A DNA stretch of 64,000 nucleotides from the human T2T-CHM13v2.0 reference genome, Homo sapiens (GCF_009914755.1 NC_060925.1); one strand, 5' to 3'. Shown: positions 10,641 through 28,831, counted from the first letter of the stretch. A program made the numbers and translations. The notes: a model not told the origin generated them from the sequence alone.

Positions 10641-13600
10641 CGCTGGTGAACTAATGTGATTTTTGGGGGTGTTGAAGAGGCTTGTTTTGTCATATTACCA
10701 GGGTTGGTTTTCCGGTTCCTTCTCATTTGGGTAGCCTCTGTCAGAGGGAAGGTCTAGGGCTGAAGGCTGTTGTTCAGATTCTTTTGTCTCACGGGGTGTT
10801 CCCTTGATATAGTACTCTCCCCCTTTTCCTATGAATGTGGCTTCCTCTGAGCTAAACTGTAATGACTATTGTCTCTCTTCTGGGCCTAGCCACCCAGCTA
10901 GTCTACCAGGCTCCAGGCTGGTACTGGGGTTGTCTGCATAGAGTCCTGTGATATGAACTGTCTACGGGTCTCTCAGTCACAAATACCAGCGGCTGTTCCA
11001 GTAGAGGTGGTAAAGGAGTGCAATGGACTCCATGAGGGTCCTTAGCTTTGGTGGTTGAATACTCTATTTCCCTGCTGGAAGGTGGCGCTTTCCAGAAAGC
11101 ATCAGCTGTAGTATTGTGGAGAGGGACAGGTGTTGGGCGGGGCCCTAGAACTCCCAAATTTATACACCCTTTGTCTGCCACTACCAGGATGGGTAGGGAA
11201 GGAACTATCAGGTGGAGGTAGAGCTAGGCATGTCTGAGCTCAGACTCTCCTTGGGCAGGTCTTGCTGTGGCTGCTGTGGGGGATGGGGTGAGATTCCCAG
11301 GTCACTGGAGTTGTGTACCTACAAGGATTATGGCAGGGAAGTGGAAAGCCAGCAGTCACAGGCCTCACCCAGCTCCCACCCAAACTGAAGGGCCAGTTTC
11401 ACTTCCACCGTGCCACCACCAACAGCCTGGAGTCTGTTTCCACCAGGTGGAGGGTGAGATGAGCTTGAAAACTTGCCTAAGGCTATCCGCCTCCCAGAGT
11501 ATTTGGGGTGTCTCCCAGGTTTTGCAGTAGCAGTCCGCTTCCTTCAGAGGGTCTGTGGGTCCTCTCGGGATTGCAGGTTTGTTCTTGCTGTTGATCTGGA
11601 GCTAAAATTCACAATGCAAGCCTCCGCTTGCTGCTCTGTCCAGGGTGACAATCTAGTCCTGCCTCCCATCCACCATGATCCTAATGCCACTTCACCAGAG
11701 TTGAGAATTTCAGACACATGGAAATAGTTACCAAGTCTATTTGTTTTGTGTCCTCCTGGACAGGTACAAAGTAGTCCATTAACCTTATTAACTCTTGGAT
11801 TTATGTATTTATATGTTTAGGCTGTTACTGATGTTCAAAGTGAAAGTGGCAGCTAAGCTTCCACATATATTATCTTCAAAAGCGAAACATAAAAAATGCT
11901 TGGTTTCTGCTAAAAGTAGATACGCACTTGCATCAATATATTTTTGAGTATATCATTTGCCACTCAGATAATGATAATTTCCTAGAAAAACATGATTTTT
12001 ATATTCAAACCTATGAATTCAAGTTGTTTAACAATTTGTATGAGGCCATGGTTTTCTTGTAATACTGCAATAGCAACTTCAATTGAAAAATATTTTAAAT
12101 ACAGGTGGAAAGCCAAAAAGAATTCTTCAGTTACTTTCAAATAAATTATTCAATTGTGCATTTCCCAAATGCATACTTCTATAACAATTTAAATAAGCAT
12201 CATACTAACAAATATCAAATATGAAATGGCTTTTTAAATGGAAGAAATTATTTCTTTTTCTAGGAATCCTAGTCACTTTGTATCTATATCTGACTGAGTG
12301 GATCCTTTAGTCATAATTTTACTGACATACATATATTAAATTATCTTGGAAAAAATGAACATTTTCATGCTTCTTAATGTGTAGTCATGTGATCACTTTA
12401 GTACAGCTTTCAGTTTGCCCAAGAGTACTGCTCTGGTTTTTCCCATAATTGGATCTCATCCAGTTAATGTATGACCCCTTTTAGCCCTTGTAATATCTGT
12501 TTCATAATGAGGAGGGGAAGAAAAAAAAAAGCTGTTGAAACTCTATCACACAGTAACTGTACCAAGAAGAGGAGGTGGTTGAATTTAATATGTAGCATTA
12601 CTAACCAGTGATATGAAACATTCACTGTGAGCCTGCATTGCTGGGGTGCTAATTCCTTTACCTCTTGCAAGCATGTGAGAAAATAAAACTCAGGTTTTTA
12701 CTACGTGGGATATGAGAAAGGGTCACAAATTACAGATTAATATGTATTTCATATCTCTTTTTTTTTCTATTAGTGCTATACAGTTGAGACCATGTAAATA
12801 TGGATTGATTTAAACTACTTGAAAATCTGGCTATGCATTTTGTGAAATCAGACCATTTGTTTCTGGAGAGAAAACTATGTATGTAATACGATGAGCTTTA
12901 CTTGGAGAGCTCCAATATTCTCATGTAATTTTCATGCAGGATAAATTAGCAAGCATCTTATAAAATAATAGAAAAAAGAATCATCTGGATATTTTTAATT
13001 TCAACTGAGCAAATGGAACTTTGACAGTGATTCTGAAAAAAGGGGCTTTGTTTTGTTTGTTTTAGTTTTTTGTGTGTTTTCAGATTCTCATCCATCTAGG
13101 CTTATCTTTAATCAGGAAATGGCTGTTGAATATCATTATAAGAAAATTGGAACTCGCATTGTATTATGACAAGAAAGAAATTTCTTCTTCTTTTAAATGA
13201 ATTCAAATTTTTATGATCAAAATCATTATATATCAAGACACTGATATAACTTTTAAGCATGACTCCATAAACTTAGAAAATTTAGAGACAGTAGAAATGT
13301 TTCCACATAAATTATGAAACAAAATTCTACAGAAGTTTATGAAGGGTAAATAACAGAAAGATTCTGAAAAAATATAGACTTGCAAATTGGATATGAATTC
13401 AGAATAATAGCCCAGAATGAATGCCGAAAACTATTGAACAGTGACAAAGAATCATATGAAGAAAGATGGAAAAGAACCATAACTTAGGTTAAAGTAGAAA
13501 AGTTGTCTGATAAGACACAAAGAGCTTTCCTTAAATGTCTTCAAAAATTTGAAGAAAGAGAAATTAGATTGGAGTAGAGTTTCAAAGAGCAGACCATGGG

Positions 13601-14204
13601 CCAAAGTGTTAGGCCAAAAAAGGGATAGATTGTCCAATTATTTGAGCTATTTGTAAATGTAATGGGCTATAACAGTGGAGTTTAAGCAGAAGTTGTGCAC
13701 TGTCACTTATGTTTTAAAATAATAATAAAAACAATTTCTGTGCCCCCACCACAAAATTTCCCATGTGGCGTCAGATGAGGAAGATGATTTCTAAGTTATT
13801 CAACTCACGCTTGTTCCTTCTATCTCCATAAACACTTCCTTTTACTTAATTTTTAAACCAAATACAATTGCCCTTTAAAATTGTATTTAGCTTTGATGAC
13901 AAGATTTTAAATGTATTACATTTAGATTATGATTTAGCAGATAAGGAATACATACTTGAGTTTTTAGATCTTTGCAAAGGATGCCCTAAGATAAAATCAT
14001 TTTAAATCAGACTACTGGCTATTTGTATAAAGATTGTTATTTCTTCACAAAAGCTAGGAACTTTGAAAATAATCTCATTGATTTCTCCCAAAACACACTA
14101 AAATATAATAAATGTAAGAATTGAAATGCAGTAATTATAAGAACATTTTTATTTTGGGGGTTGAATTTGTTTGAGGTAGTACTGGATGGTCTCAAAAAAA
14201 GAAA

Positions 14205-14690
14205 AAAATGCATGTATATTTTCATTGCAGCACTATTCACAATAGTAAAGACATGAAATCAACCTAACTTCCCATCAATTATTGACTGGATAAAGAAAAT
14301 GTGGTATATATACACCATGGAATGCTATGCAGCCATAAAAAAGAACAAGGTCACGTCCTTTGCAGGAATATGGATGTAGCTGGAGGCCATTAGCCTTAGT
14401 AAACTAACACAGGAACAGAAAACCAAATGCTGCATGGTTTTTCTATACACGTAGAGGGGAATAACACACACTGGAGTCTATTAGAGGGTGAAGAGTGGCA
14501 GGAGGGAGAATCAAAAAATATAACTAATGTGTACTAGACTTAATACCCAGGTGATGAAATAATGTGTACAACAAACTCCCATGACACAAGTTTACCTATG
14601 TAACAAACCTGCATTTGTATATCTGAACTTAAAAGAACATTTTAAACAAAACAAAAAAGATAAACACACACAAAAACTAATAAAAATAAA
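14205..14690 (+). mobile_element. 5'-truncated L1PA (approx. L1PA13-16) 3' end with A-rich tail
   Basis: TTCATTGCAGCACTATTCACAATAG...GGTGATGAAATAATGTGTACAACAAACTCCCATGACACAAGTTTACCTATGTAACAAACCTGCA; small internal deletion near 14440. Confidence 0.9.
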
Positions 14691-14859
14691 CATATTTTCA
14701 TGTTCACAGTAATGCAGGATGCTTTCTACTTAGTTGAAATTTCAAGGTTGGTTTATTGTGGCAACTTCTTCCTTGAGTTAATTGTAGCATTGAATAAATT
14801 TTGAATCAGCTAGAGGAAAGTGCTACGTGTAAATAGAAATCCTGCTGTGTTTGATTGCT

Positions 14860-15400
14860 TGTGTCTCTGGAGATAAGGCACCATGGATATGCTCATCTTT
14901 GGCATGAATGGAGAGAAGCAAAGGTGTAATCAGCTAAATCCATTAGTAAGTTAGAGTAGGAGCAAAGTAAGAAACAATGAAGGATTATGGGGGAAAGCAA
15001 TGTGAAAAGAAAAGTGGATACATTCTAGATAATTTCTGAAGATACTGTCCAAAGAATTTTCTATTTTTTTTCTATGTGGGTCTTGAAGGCAAAGGAGTCA
15101 GAATTGACTGCTCAACAGCTAAACTGAAGCTACTGTCCTTTTCTGAAATGGAAAATTCAGAAAGGAACAAGTTGTTGCTTTTTTTAGTGGGGGGCTGGAG
15201 GGAGAACAGGATCAAATATGAACATGTGAATTTTTAGATGCTTATGAGGCATTTATGAGGATATGTCAAGTGAGATACATGAGTCTGGCACTTAGAAGAA
15301 TTAGCTTGGCTGGAAGAAAAAATGGAGAAATGTCTATATTTACAAGGTATTTAAAGCAATGAAAAATAGAATTATCTAGGAGAGTTTAGAAAAAGATAAA
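14860..15400 (-). mobile_element. Degenerate L2 fragment
   Basis: Purine-rich L2 antisense-type motifs (AAAAGTGGATACATTCTAGATAAT, AAAGGAGTCAG, TTTTAGATGCTTATGAGGCAT). Confidence 0.5.
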
Positions 15401-16029
15401 AATGGATATTGACTTATAAAAAGATAGAAATAACATTAACATACATTTCTCCTATAGGAGTTTAATCATAGAGTAGGACATAAAATTTGCCCACATAATT
15501 TATTAACAAGAACTGAGCCTCTTAGCCAGATATTTCTGAATGGATCTAGAACAAGTCAATTCTAATATTTAGGACACTGCTTGGCAAGACTGAACAGATT
15601 GAAGAGTTAAGGGAACTAAGAGTGGAATGAAATATGGCCAAGCTGGATGGGGTTGGCACTGGAAGACACTGATGCAGCTGTGGTAACTAATAAATTTAGT
15701 CTAGTAGGCACACACATCCTTGCACAAATATAAGGATGGGTCAACAAATGAGGGTCAGGATTGTGTAACAGAAGTCAATAATAGGTTGTAATTGGTAGAG
15801 CACAGTAAGCAATGTTAAATTTGATGACTCATACAGCTGCAGATACATAGGAGGAGTCAATCCTTGAGTAACCTTCTTCTCTAGATAGGAAGTAAGCTAG
15901 TATTGCTCTCCCTACTGACATCACACTAGCATGTTAAATTCTACATTTGCCTCATTGAATATCACATCCCTGTCTACTCTATTGTCTCCTCTTTCTTCAT
16001 TAAGGATAGGCTTCTTGTTCCAGTCTACC

Positions 16030-16930
<901 letters not shown>

Positions 16931-17809
16931 TGACTGAACAAGTACATAAATACATAAACAAATGAGAAAACCTCTCATTAGCATCTGGCTTTTTAGTACA
17001 TGAACATAAGCCATCAGTAACAATAGTAGGGTTCAGGCTATCAACATCTTTCTACACCATGTGAAATTACAAAGAGTTGTTAATAGTCATACGCCAGTAA
17101 GTAAAATGTTATTACAACATCTGTTCTTGGATTTCAATGTGTTTTTGGATAGTTGATTTAGAGCCTTTTTTGGTACTGTTCTAGATTTTAAAATAGATTT
17201 GTAGATTTTAAATTATATTCCTGAGTATAGTTAATAAATTTTTACCTTAATTGATCTAGATATTGGATTCTAATTTTGTATACTTCTTGATCAACCAAAC
17301 CATGAAGACTATTTAATTAGTTTACATCAGATAAAATATGATTTTAATTTTACAATTTACTAAATTTCTCTATTCCATCTAAAACTTAGAAAACTTATTT
17401 GTTCTCTTTATTCTAGCAAGTTACTGGATAATCCTAACTTTAGTCTGAGATTATTGCTAAAAAGCAAAACAAGCTGTGTCTGAACAACAGATCCCAAACT
17501 CTGTTATCAGTTTTTAAGCCTAGTTTTTACACATTTATATTAATGTCCAAAAGAAATGATTTAGGAAATGAGGCCAGTGTTTTGCTTTGGTGTTGATAAT
17601 ATTTGTTGAAAAGTTGTAAACCCTGCTAAAATCTGTGGTCTGGAGAAAAAAAATATACTAATTATTTTCATTTTAATATAAATTTTGTTTAAAGTCACAA
17701 ATCATCATGACTTTTGCACACGTCAAGATAGGTCTGATATATAACAGGGACTTAGACAACATTAAATAATGAAAAAGAGTCATATCATGTTAAAATTCTA
17801 ACAGTAATC

Positions 17810-18860
17810 CAAGTAGCCCTCATTGTACACAGTTTTATATGTACTGATTTTCGTTACCACACTTTAAGTCTATAATATCAGTACTTAAACAACATTGTTC
17901 AAATTTTAGTTACCACGGCATATTAACCATGAACAATCACACAAGATATAAAATTTGCTGCTAGCTCTTCAGGCCACAGATTACTATGTAAATAACAGAT
18001 GCAACTCATGTTCAGCGGCCAATCACGTCATTTCTTTCAGAAAGGTGGGTGTTTTGTCACAATGCATCTGTTGCTCCGTTCACACAGAGATAGCTAAGCA
18101 AGTCATTGTGTTGTCTTCTTGTCTTCTAGTCACAAATCCATGCAACATTTTATAAAACAAATAATCAAAAGGAGGAACTGGATAAGGAAGATGTAATTTC
18201 AGCAAAGAAATGAAAAGTGATGATACTGGAAGTGAAATTTGAATAGATGGGGGTATAGAAGGCATGGTTGACTAAGAGAAGGAATGTTGACTACTGCATG
18301 TATGCAGTCAAGAGGAACTTAATGACGGTGAGCTTATCAATATAATGAAAAGGATAAGGATAAAATGATGATGACGTCCCAGAGGAAGTGATGCCAGCCA
18401 AAAAAAAAAAATTATATTAAGGGGATTCTCAACAAAACTTCATACCTTCAAAAATTCAAAAGATGAAATGTTAAAAGCTCATCTAACCTTGGGAAGAGTA
18501 TGTTGGTTTGTTAAGGCATAGGAAAGACACTTACTGTTTGAAATTATATGACAAGAAGGAGGCAAACACCATTCAAACCACTCTCAACTAGATTTTTACA
18601 GTGAAATAAAACACAAATTCTCAATGTTTCTAAATGATTTAAATTACAGTGTTCTAAGAATATAAATTATATTATTTGTTTTCATTTCCCCTACATTTAT
18701 AACAGATAATATCAGGAGAGGCCTTAATGTTCCGAAAAATAAAAACTTTAAAAATCATAGAACAATTGTAATTTTCTCATTGATAAGGAGATCACTTTGT
18801 ACTGCCAGCTTTCACATCTTTTAAAAGTCCTACACTACCGTGAAAAGCAAGGACTGCTTG
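17810..18860 (+). mobile_element. Old TcMar-Tigger internal-deletion element (subfamily uncertain)
   Basis: Degenerate TIRs (CAAGTAGCCCTCATTGTACACAGT vs reverse complement CAAGCAGTCCTTGCTTTTCACGGT), TA after the right end, and internal 18300-18600 resembling a Tigger transposase C-terminus (EELNDGEL, DDVPEEV, KDEMLKAH, TIQTTL). Confidence 0.75.
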
Positions 18861-19410
18861 TACTAACTTCTTTACTTTATCTGAGTGAACAACAATCAAG
18901 TTCAATACATTTTACCAGGAAACAGGTACTACGTGGTTTCTAAATTACCTCTAATCATGTTTATGTAATAAAAAAGCCTACAGTTTTGATATGCCTTGGA
19001 ACTTTTTAATAGACTAAAATTAAAGACAATCACTGCTACAAGATTTTCAATATGACCATTAATTGACCCTGCTACTGATCAAAATTGTGGGAATAATAAA
19101 GCATATGGAGTTTTCACTGATCACATATAATATATTGTAATTCACCACTGAAAAAAGTAATCTATGATGCATAATTTAAGCTTGGAAGATATATGCTGAA
19201 GTTATAATTTATTATTTTGAAGAAAAAAGACTCATCTATATTTTCACCCATCCCAAGAAAGATGTCATAATTTTTTGGGAAAGCTATAAATTATTATCAT
19301 ATCTCTGCAGATCATAAATAAATTAACTGCATTAAAATTTGCTCCCATAATAGCAGCAAGAAGATAAATTAATAATACATTTTAGTGTTAAAGAGGTACA
19401 CATAAAGGCG

Positions 19411-19940
19411 TATATTAGCCTAAGATGAACCACAAACCAGAAAGCAGACTATGCTGGAAACAGAACACACTAAGATTGTTCAAGAGACTCTAATGAAGGG
19501 TTTGAAGAGAGTTAAAAAAAAATAGTGTGTTGAAGCAGCCAGAGATTAGCAAACATGAGAAGCCTTTATCACCTCTTGGCCTAAAGGGTTAAGGAAACGA
19601 TGTGTTAATGAAGCCCAGGGAACTCTAGTGTGGAAAATAACTAACAGACAGGAGTTACAGTCCTGGAGGATTCAGCTGTTGCTGGAAATGTGGCTTAGAG
19701 CGGAAGAAAGAGGTCAGGAGATGCTCTGATCCGATCTCTTCCTTCTTTCCTCTGCAGTCTTTCACCAGTGGACCCCAAATCCACCACCAGTGAATCCCAT
19801 TAGCCAAATCCCACTAGAATAAGCCAACAAGGGAAGTCAATGCAATCCATGAAGGTTGACTGCCTGAGGCCCTGAAGGGGACAGGAGGAGGAAGGAAGGA
19901 GTTTGATTCTGGAGATTACGGCAAAGAGAATAAGCAGAAT
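19411..19940 (-). mobile_element. ERVL solo LTR, LTR33-like
   Basis: TATATTAGCC start; TAGCAAACATGAGAAGCCTTTATCACCTCTTGGCCTAAAGGG and CCCATTAGCCAAATCCCACTAGAA...GCAATCCATGAAGGTTGACTGCCTGAGG resemble recalled LTR33 antisense. Confidence 0.6.
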
Positions 19941-20613
19941 AACCTAATAATAAGACCTTAGTAATGTACCTGTGTCTCACTGAATTATACCCCAGAAGCA
20001 AGACTGAAACACATCTCAAGATTTGAAAGTAAGCAGAAGTTTTAGTAAACTCAACTTGAATTCTGAAAAAGAAGCATTTTATTATAATAATGTTACAATA
20101 TCAAGGAATTTAAGCTTCATTTTTCTATTTAATTGTACTTAATCCTTATTTTCCCACCTCATTTAAGCCATTACCTACCTGTATTTTGAGAAACTCTTAA
20201 CCACTAACCTGGGAGTGGACAAAGATACAAACAAAATTATTCAAACATAGCATGGTATTACCCAGAGGAGTGAGTGCTTAATGCTGCCTGCCCAGTCAAT
20301 GGATCTCATGAAGTGAGGCCATTAAAAGTGGACAAGTGTCCACTGTCCCCAGAACATTGAAGCAGCATGGGTAAAGGTGAGAGAGGAAGCAGGAAGTGGC
20401 ATGATCCTTTTTTGAAACAGCAGGCATCTCTATATATGGGAGTACAGAGTAAGAAAGTGAGGTGATACTGGTTTGGAGAAGGGCAACCTTCTCTGAATAA
20501 CTAGCCTCATGTGTCTTGAAAACAATCTTGGACTTTATAATTTAAGAAAAGAAATGGAGAAACACTAAAAACTGAGAATCAGGGGAGAACTAATTACTTT
20601 GAAAGCTTGCTCT

Positions 20614-20905
<292 letters not shown>

Positions 20906-21099
20906 AGAAAATGTTGGAACAATTTAATTCAGTATTAACTTGTTTCTTACTCTTGGGGAAACAAGAACAGGAAAAAAAATACAAACGGTGATTATATTGT
21001 TTACATAATTATAAATAATGCTTCCTACAAATGCTTTACAATGACATTTAATTAATAATTATAAAGATGACGCTATAAACATTGCACCGGACCAGCTAT

Positions 21100-23030
<1,931 letters not shown>

Positions 23031-23299
23031 AATGAATTAAAACAGGAATCGAGTAAGGATTATCAAATGAGCCAGAGGTGAGGACCTAGGTCATAAGAAA
23101 CAAATGAAAAAGGGAAAGAGAGAAGCAATCTACTCCATTGTCTGATTCCTTTTTAACCCAAAATAACTAGAAAGAAAGCTTTTTGCTAGAGGGAAGGAGT
23201 GATTACATTCTGGGAGGGAATGGATACAAAAGAGAAGCTGGCAAGTGACTTTTATTGCAACTTCTATTCCAAATGTAGCATATTTCAAATATTTTCTCC

Positions 23300-24180
23300 C
23301 CCACTTTCTCTTTCTTCTCATTTATATATGTGTTATACTGCTTGTCATTGTCCCACGGGTTATTGAGGGTCTACTCATTATTTTAGCTCCTTTTTCTCAC
23401 TGAGGAGTTTCAATTTGAATAATTACCACTGTGCTACACAATCACTATTGTGATCTCTTCTTCTGCACTGTCAATCTGTTAGGCATACCTAGTGAAGTTT
23501 TTATTTCACTTATTGTATTTTTTGTTCTAGAATCTGCATTTGGTTCATTTTAATAGTCTTCATGACTAGATTTAGATTCCTCATCTTTTCACTTAAGTTC
23601 ATCTTTTTCTTTATATTTTAAACAAATTTTAACAAATGTTTTAATGCCTTTGCCTGCTAGAGGCTCAAATTTTACTATTTCTTCTCATGCCTAATAATTT
23701 TTAACTGTTTTCTGGTATCATGGATATATTGTAAGGAGTCTATTATTATCTTCATTTCAAGATAACAGGAATGTTTAATTTAGTTCTGAAAGGCAGTTTT
23801 GTACTGGCAGATGAGTTGGATCTTTTGGAGGCTTGTTTTCAGTTGTTTTCTAGAGTGGACTTTTAGTTTTAAGACTACCTTGTTTCTAACATGTGACCAT
23901 TCTGAGGACTCACTTAAATATCTGGGTTGTTCAGTGTGTTCTCTCTACTCTGGGTCTTTGGGAATCTTACATCGGCCAACACAAGGATCTTTGTTCAGCT
24001 CGTAGACCCCTTACTAGTTATCTTTTGCCAGATCTCATCTTAACTCCTCCTGTTCATGCACAGTTAATATCTGAACAAAAAAAGTAGGGGACCCCTAGGC
24101 AGACTTCTGGATCACTTTCTGTGAACCACTGTCTTCCATTTGGTATCTTGCCCTGCAGTCTCCATCCATTTTAACAACCT
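23300..24180 (-). mobile_element. Ancient L1M 5'/ORF1-region fragment
   Basis: T-rich antisense L1M motifs (CTAGTGAAGTTTTTATTTCACTTATTGTATTTTTTGTTCTAGAATCTGCATTTGGTTC). Confidence 0.65.
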
Positions 24181-24594
24181 CATTCTTTTTTTCTGTTGAT
24201 ATATTGCCTCAATACTCTGCAAAATACAGATAGAAGAATAAAGGCGATTACTGCCAGTACAATTATAAAGTTTTGAGCAGAAAAGGTTAAGAAAGGAACA
24301 GAAAATTCAAATATGCAAATATAGACATCATACAGTAAAAAAAGGAAATATGGATAGATGAGGTTTCTGGTATGTTTGTTACAAAGTAGGCAAAGAGCCA
24401 GAGACCTGAAGGAATGATGAGGCATAGCAGTTATATTGTTAGTTCTGTCATATAAAAGGATTCAGCTATATGCAATTTTCCCCTGTAATTGCCATAACTA
24501 TAGATCAATATAGTTACAATGATATTAATTATAACTATTTTATTAATTTTTGGCAATAAAGTATTCTATGCTATTAAAACAAGAACATATAGAC

Positions 24595-24883
24595 TTTTTT
24601 TTTTTTTTTTTTTGAGACAGGATCTCACCGTGTTGCCCAGGCTGAAGTGTAGTGGTGCAATGGTGCGATCTTGGCCCACTGTAACCTTCGCTTCCCGGGC
24701 ACAAGCTATCCTCCCACCTCAGCACCCTGAGTAGCTAGTACTACAGGCACATGCCGCTGTGCCTGGCTAATTTTTGTATTTTTTTTGTAGAGAAAGGGTG
24801 TTGCCATGTTGGCCAGGCTGGTCTCAAATTCCTGGGCTCAAGTGATTCACCTGCCTCAGCCTCTCAAAGTGATGGATTGCAGG
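24595..24883 (-). mobile_element. AluJ, missing ~20 nt of the 5' end
   Basis: GAGACAGGATCTCAC, ATCCTCCCACCTCAGC and TCCTGGGCTCAAGTGAT (J diagnostics). Confidence 0.92.
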
Positions 24884-26002
24884 TTTATTTTTATGTACTT
24901 AAAATATTTTAGAATGTTTACCCTATTAGTGTAATAGGTCAGACTCGGGGCACCAATTTTTAAAGTATTCTTGAATATTAATTTAGACTCATGATTTTAA
25001 GTTTAAATTGTATTAAGTACATATTTAAAATTCAAACATTTAAGAAAACATAAGGTTCATTTGTTATAAGCGCTCTGTCTTATTCTTAAATATTATTAAA
25101 ATGCTTATAGATTTTTCTTGTGGTTTTGTTTATTATACAACTGAAATATTCTAAAAGAAAGTAGAATATAATAAACTTATATATGGAGCTTAAAATCTTT
25201 AGGTGAGTTCAATTAATTAAATTTATAGGTGAAGCCAAACATTAATCTGGGCTATATTTAAAGTTACTTTCAAAATTAGCTAGACTTACTTATAAATAAA
25301 ATAAAATTGGAAAACTGACCTTAAAAATACAAGGAATAACATCAAATTATATATTTAAAAAAATAGTATCAAGTAGTTCATTTTTGTGCACATAATCTCT
25401 CATCAAGGACATTAAAAATTTGATCTACAATGCTTTAACTTCATGTACTTAAGAAAGCTTTAATTTTACATTTGTATGGTTAATTAATTTTGATGTCCTC
25501 TATTGAACACAAGATTCATGAAGGCAAAAACCCAGTTGGTTTCTGTTTTTTATTTAAGCCCAGTGGAGTGCTCTGAGTAGGCCCTCAAAATATATTTTTA
25601 GATATGGTGAATACATTCAAACAGCATTTTTTCATTAGCCAAAAAGACAGATATGAATCATCTTTATATCTAGGTAAATATAGATATAATATATGCATAT
25701 GTGTGAGGAAAATATTCCATTTATTTCTCAGGTAAAATATATACCATAAAAACCTTCAGTCTTACAGCAAGATAGCTCCAGGTACTCTCTTCCAATCCAA
25801 GAGTATTTGACCATTCACGTCTTCCTTTATATATTTCTATGAGAAAGGGGGAGGGCCCTGGATTGAGAAATAATTGCTGGCATTAGTAAGTCTGTTGCAG
25901 AGGAGTGCAAGGCAAGAGGCCAGACTGAAGGTGATGGAGAGGACCAGCTGTAAAGGGAATATAATGAGAACGATGTGTAGACAGAATTGAGATTTCCTTT
26001 TC

Positions 26003-26029
<27 letters not shown>
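26003..26029. repeat. (GT)n microsatellite
   Basis: Direct read. Confidence 0.97.
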
Positions 26030-26033
<4 letters not shown>

Positions 26034-27554
26034 ATAACAGTTTAGTCATATTAATATTCATTTAAAGAGAATGGCCTGTGCAAAGAGAAAGTATTAATGA
26101 TGCATTGTCCACATGGAGTTGCTAGTATGGCATGAACACCAGAGGGATTAACCTTGCATATAGGAAGAGAAAATGCTGCCACTAAGACAAGAAAAGAAAA
26201 AAAAGGAAAGGAGAGAAGGATGAGAGTGGATGCAGATACATGCTGATGACATAGGGCACACTTGGGCAATGCAATTTCAGGCTTTCTTATTGCCCTTTCC
26301 TCTTTTCCAAATCCCCACTAGCCAAGTTCAAGTTTGCCTAAAATTCTGATTTTTAGATATAATACTGTGATTTCATCTCTCCAACTTTGAAAGGTAATTT
26401 TTTTTAGTCACTTTACTTTCGTTTGAACATTTATTACAAATATTCCTACTAAATTTTTTGAAAATGACTAGTTTAACTAATGACTATCAGAATCAAATGT
26501 AGTTTTAATAATATTTATATATATGTAAGTAATATATACACAAATATATTGATTAGTTAACAATTAACATATATATATAAATTTTGTCATAGGGAAAATT
26601 GTAAAGCAGCACAGAGACAAATAAAGCACATCAAATCAGAGTATGAGGCGAGCAGTGTCTATTATGGCTGACCTGTGTTTTCTGTTTGTCTAGCTGTTAT
26701 TGATGATCAAAAAATATTTGCTCCATTCCTGAGATAGGAAGCAGCATCTTCTCCCAAGATAGGAAACAGTGTCTTGACAGCTTTTTAAGCTAGACAAGAA
26801 GACGGTGCAAAGTAATATATGCAAAAAGTGTGGAGTCAAGTGTATTGTAAAATGAAGTGCATAAATGTGAACAGTAAGTATGTGGTACAAAGAAACAGCA
26901 AAAATGATAGAAACATACAAATGCAATTTTTGTTTTATGTCTAATCCTTAGAATAGTATTTAGGAACTTTTAACAAATGCTCCATGCAATTTAAAGATTA
27001 ATCTTACCTCACAATTTAAAGATTTCACAATGAAGCTAGTGACCCTGAGGCACCTTGTGACAAGCCAATGATTAGTACCTGAGTTTCTACTTTGCTTTTA
27101 GCCATTGATTCAGGCTGCCTCCCCCAGGACACCAAGATATTTCTAGGAAAACCACAGCTCACATTTGACTACTTTATTGATCATTAATCTTCCATTTTAA
27201 GTGTAAGGATCTGAAAGTAAATACTAATCACCTTTTCCTGGAAATATTAAAACTTTAAAGGTTCACACAGAAGGGGCTAGAATGACAGGGGAAAAACTAT
27301 ACATTAAAAAAAATGATTTGCAGGATGAGGCCCCAAGGATCCCAGAACATTATACTCTTTTTATATTCTCTATTCTGCTCTTACCCTATTTTATCATTCT
27401 CTATGATGAAATGGCATATAACCTTTCTAGTCATTTTCATTTGTAAATAGACTTATGTTAACATAAATTCATAAGGATATTTTAAGTCATGAGAAAAAAA
27501 GTGATCAAATCTCGTATTTAAAAAATGGAGTATTCCCCACTTCATGTAAATTCA

Positions 27555-27667
27555 ATAAAAGCAGAGTGTTTCTGTCTTATTCATAGATTTATCCGCAGCA
27601 TCTAATGTAGTACCTGACTCAAGATAAATGGTCAATAAATATTTGATGAATAAATGAATGAATGAAC
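27555..27667 (+). mobile_element. L2 3' terminus
   Basis: TTTCTGTCTTATTCA...TAGTACCTGAC...TCAATAAATATTTGATGAATAAATGAATGAATGAA. Confidence 0.8.
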
Positions 27668-28008
27668 TATATTTCATCAAATCGAATCAATCAATACCAT
27701 AAGCAATCAACTGTGTTACACATTAAAGAAACGCAAAAATGAGTATCCTACCTACTCTGTGGTGGTAACAGAAAGAGGATTCTTCGCTTGATCTGGGCCA
27801 AACGTCAGAGAAGTAATGAAAGAACATTCTTATGGAGATGGGAGATATGAAGTAGGAGACTGATGTTTAGCAGGCCACTTAACATACTTGAGACTCAGTT
27901 CCATGATTCGTTAAGTAGGAACCAATAAGCTGAGTATCACTGGCTCCCCATGAATATAAAAGGATGTATGTTATACTACTATTTCCAAGAACTTTCCTAC
28001 AAAGTGTC

Positions 28009-28442
28009 TGTGACGGATTGAATTATTTTTCTCAACTTGTTACTCCCTTCTTTCCATACGAGGATTACATATCCCTTTCCCATTGGCATTGGTGACTTAT
28101 TTTGGCCGATGAAATGGGAGTGTATGTGATACACTCCTCATACATAGGTACCTAATGGCAGAACTTGTAAAACGTAGGAAGTCTGTGCCCGTGTTCTTCT
28201 TCATGTCCCCTCTACCGTGTCCCAGCCAATGGCTATTCCTGCAGCCTAATTCTCAGAATAAAAAGTGAGGGGAAGCAAATCCTAACCTGACACACAACCA
28301 GAAGCAAAGACAGCAGCTGACCTGTAGCTGATGGTATCTGTAAACAATTTATTTATGTGAATAATAAATAGTTGTTGTAAACACTCAGTATTTTTAGCTT
28401 ATTTGTAATGTAGCATGACCTCAAGAAAATCTGACTCATACA
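28009..28442 (+). mobile_element. MaLR solo LTR, MLT1I/J-like
   Basis: TG...CA ends; GTGACTTATTTTGGCCGATGAAATG; terminal AATAAATAGTTGTTGTAAACACT...CTGACTCATACA. Confidence 0.75.
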
Positions 28443-28530
28443 ATCCCTTAACCACAAAAGCAAGTAATGTGTAAATGTGTATCCCTCTCCAAAAGGTCAT
28501 AACTTAAACTGGATCATCAGAAGTCTGTAA

Positions 28531-28831
<301 letters not shown>

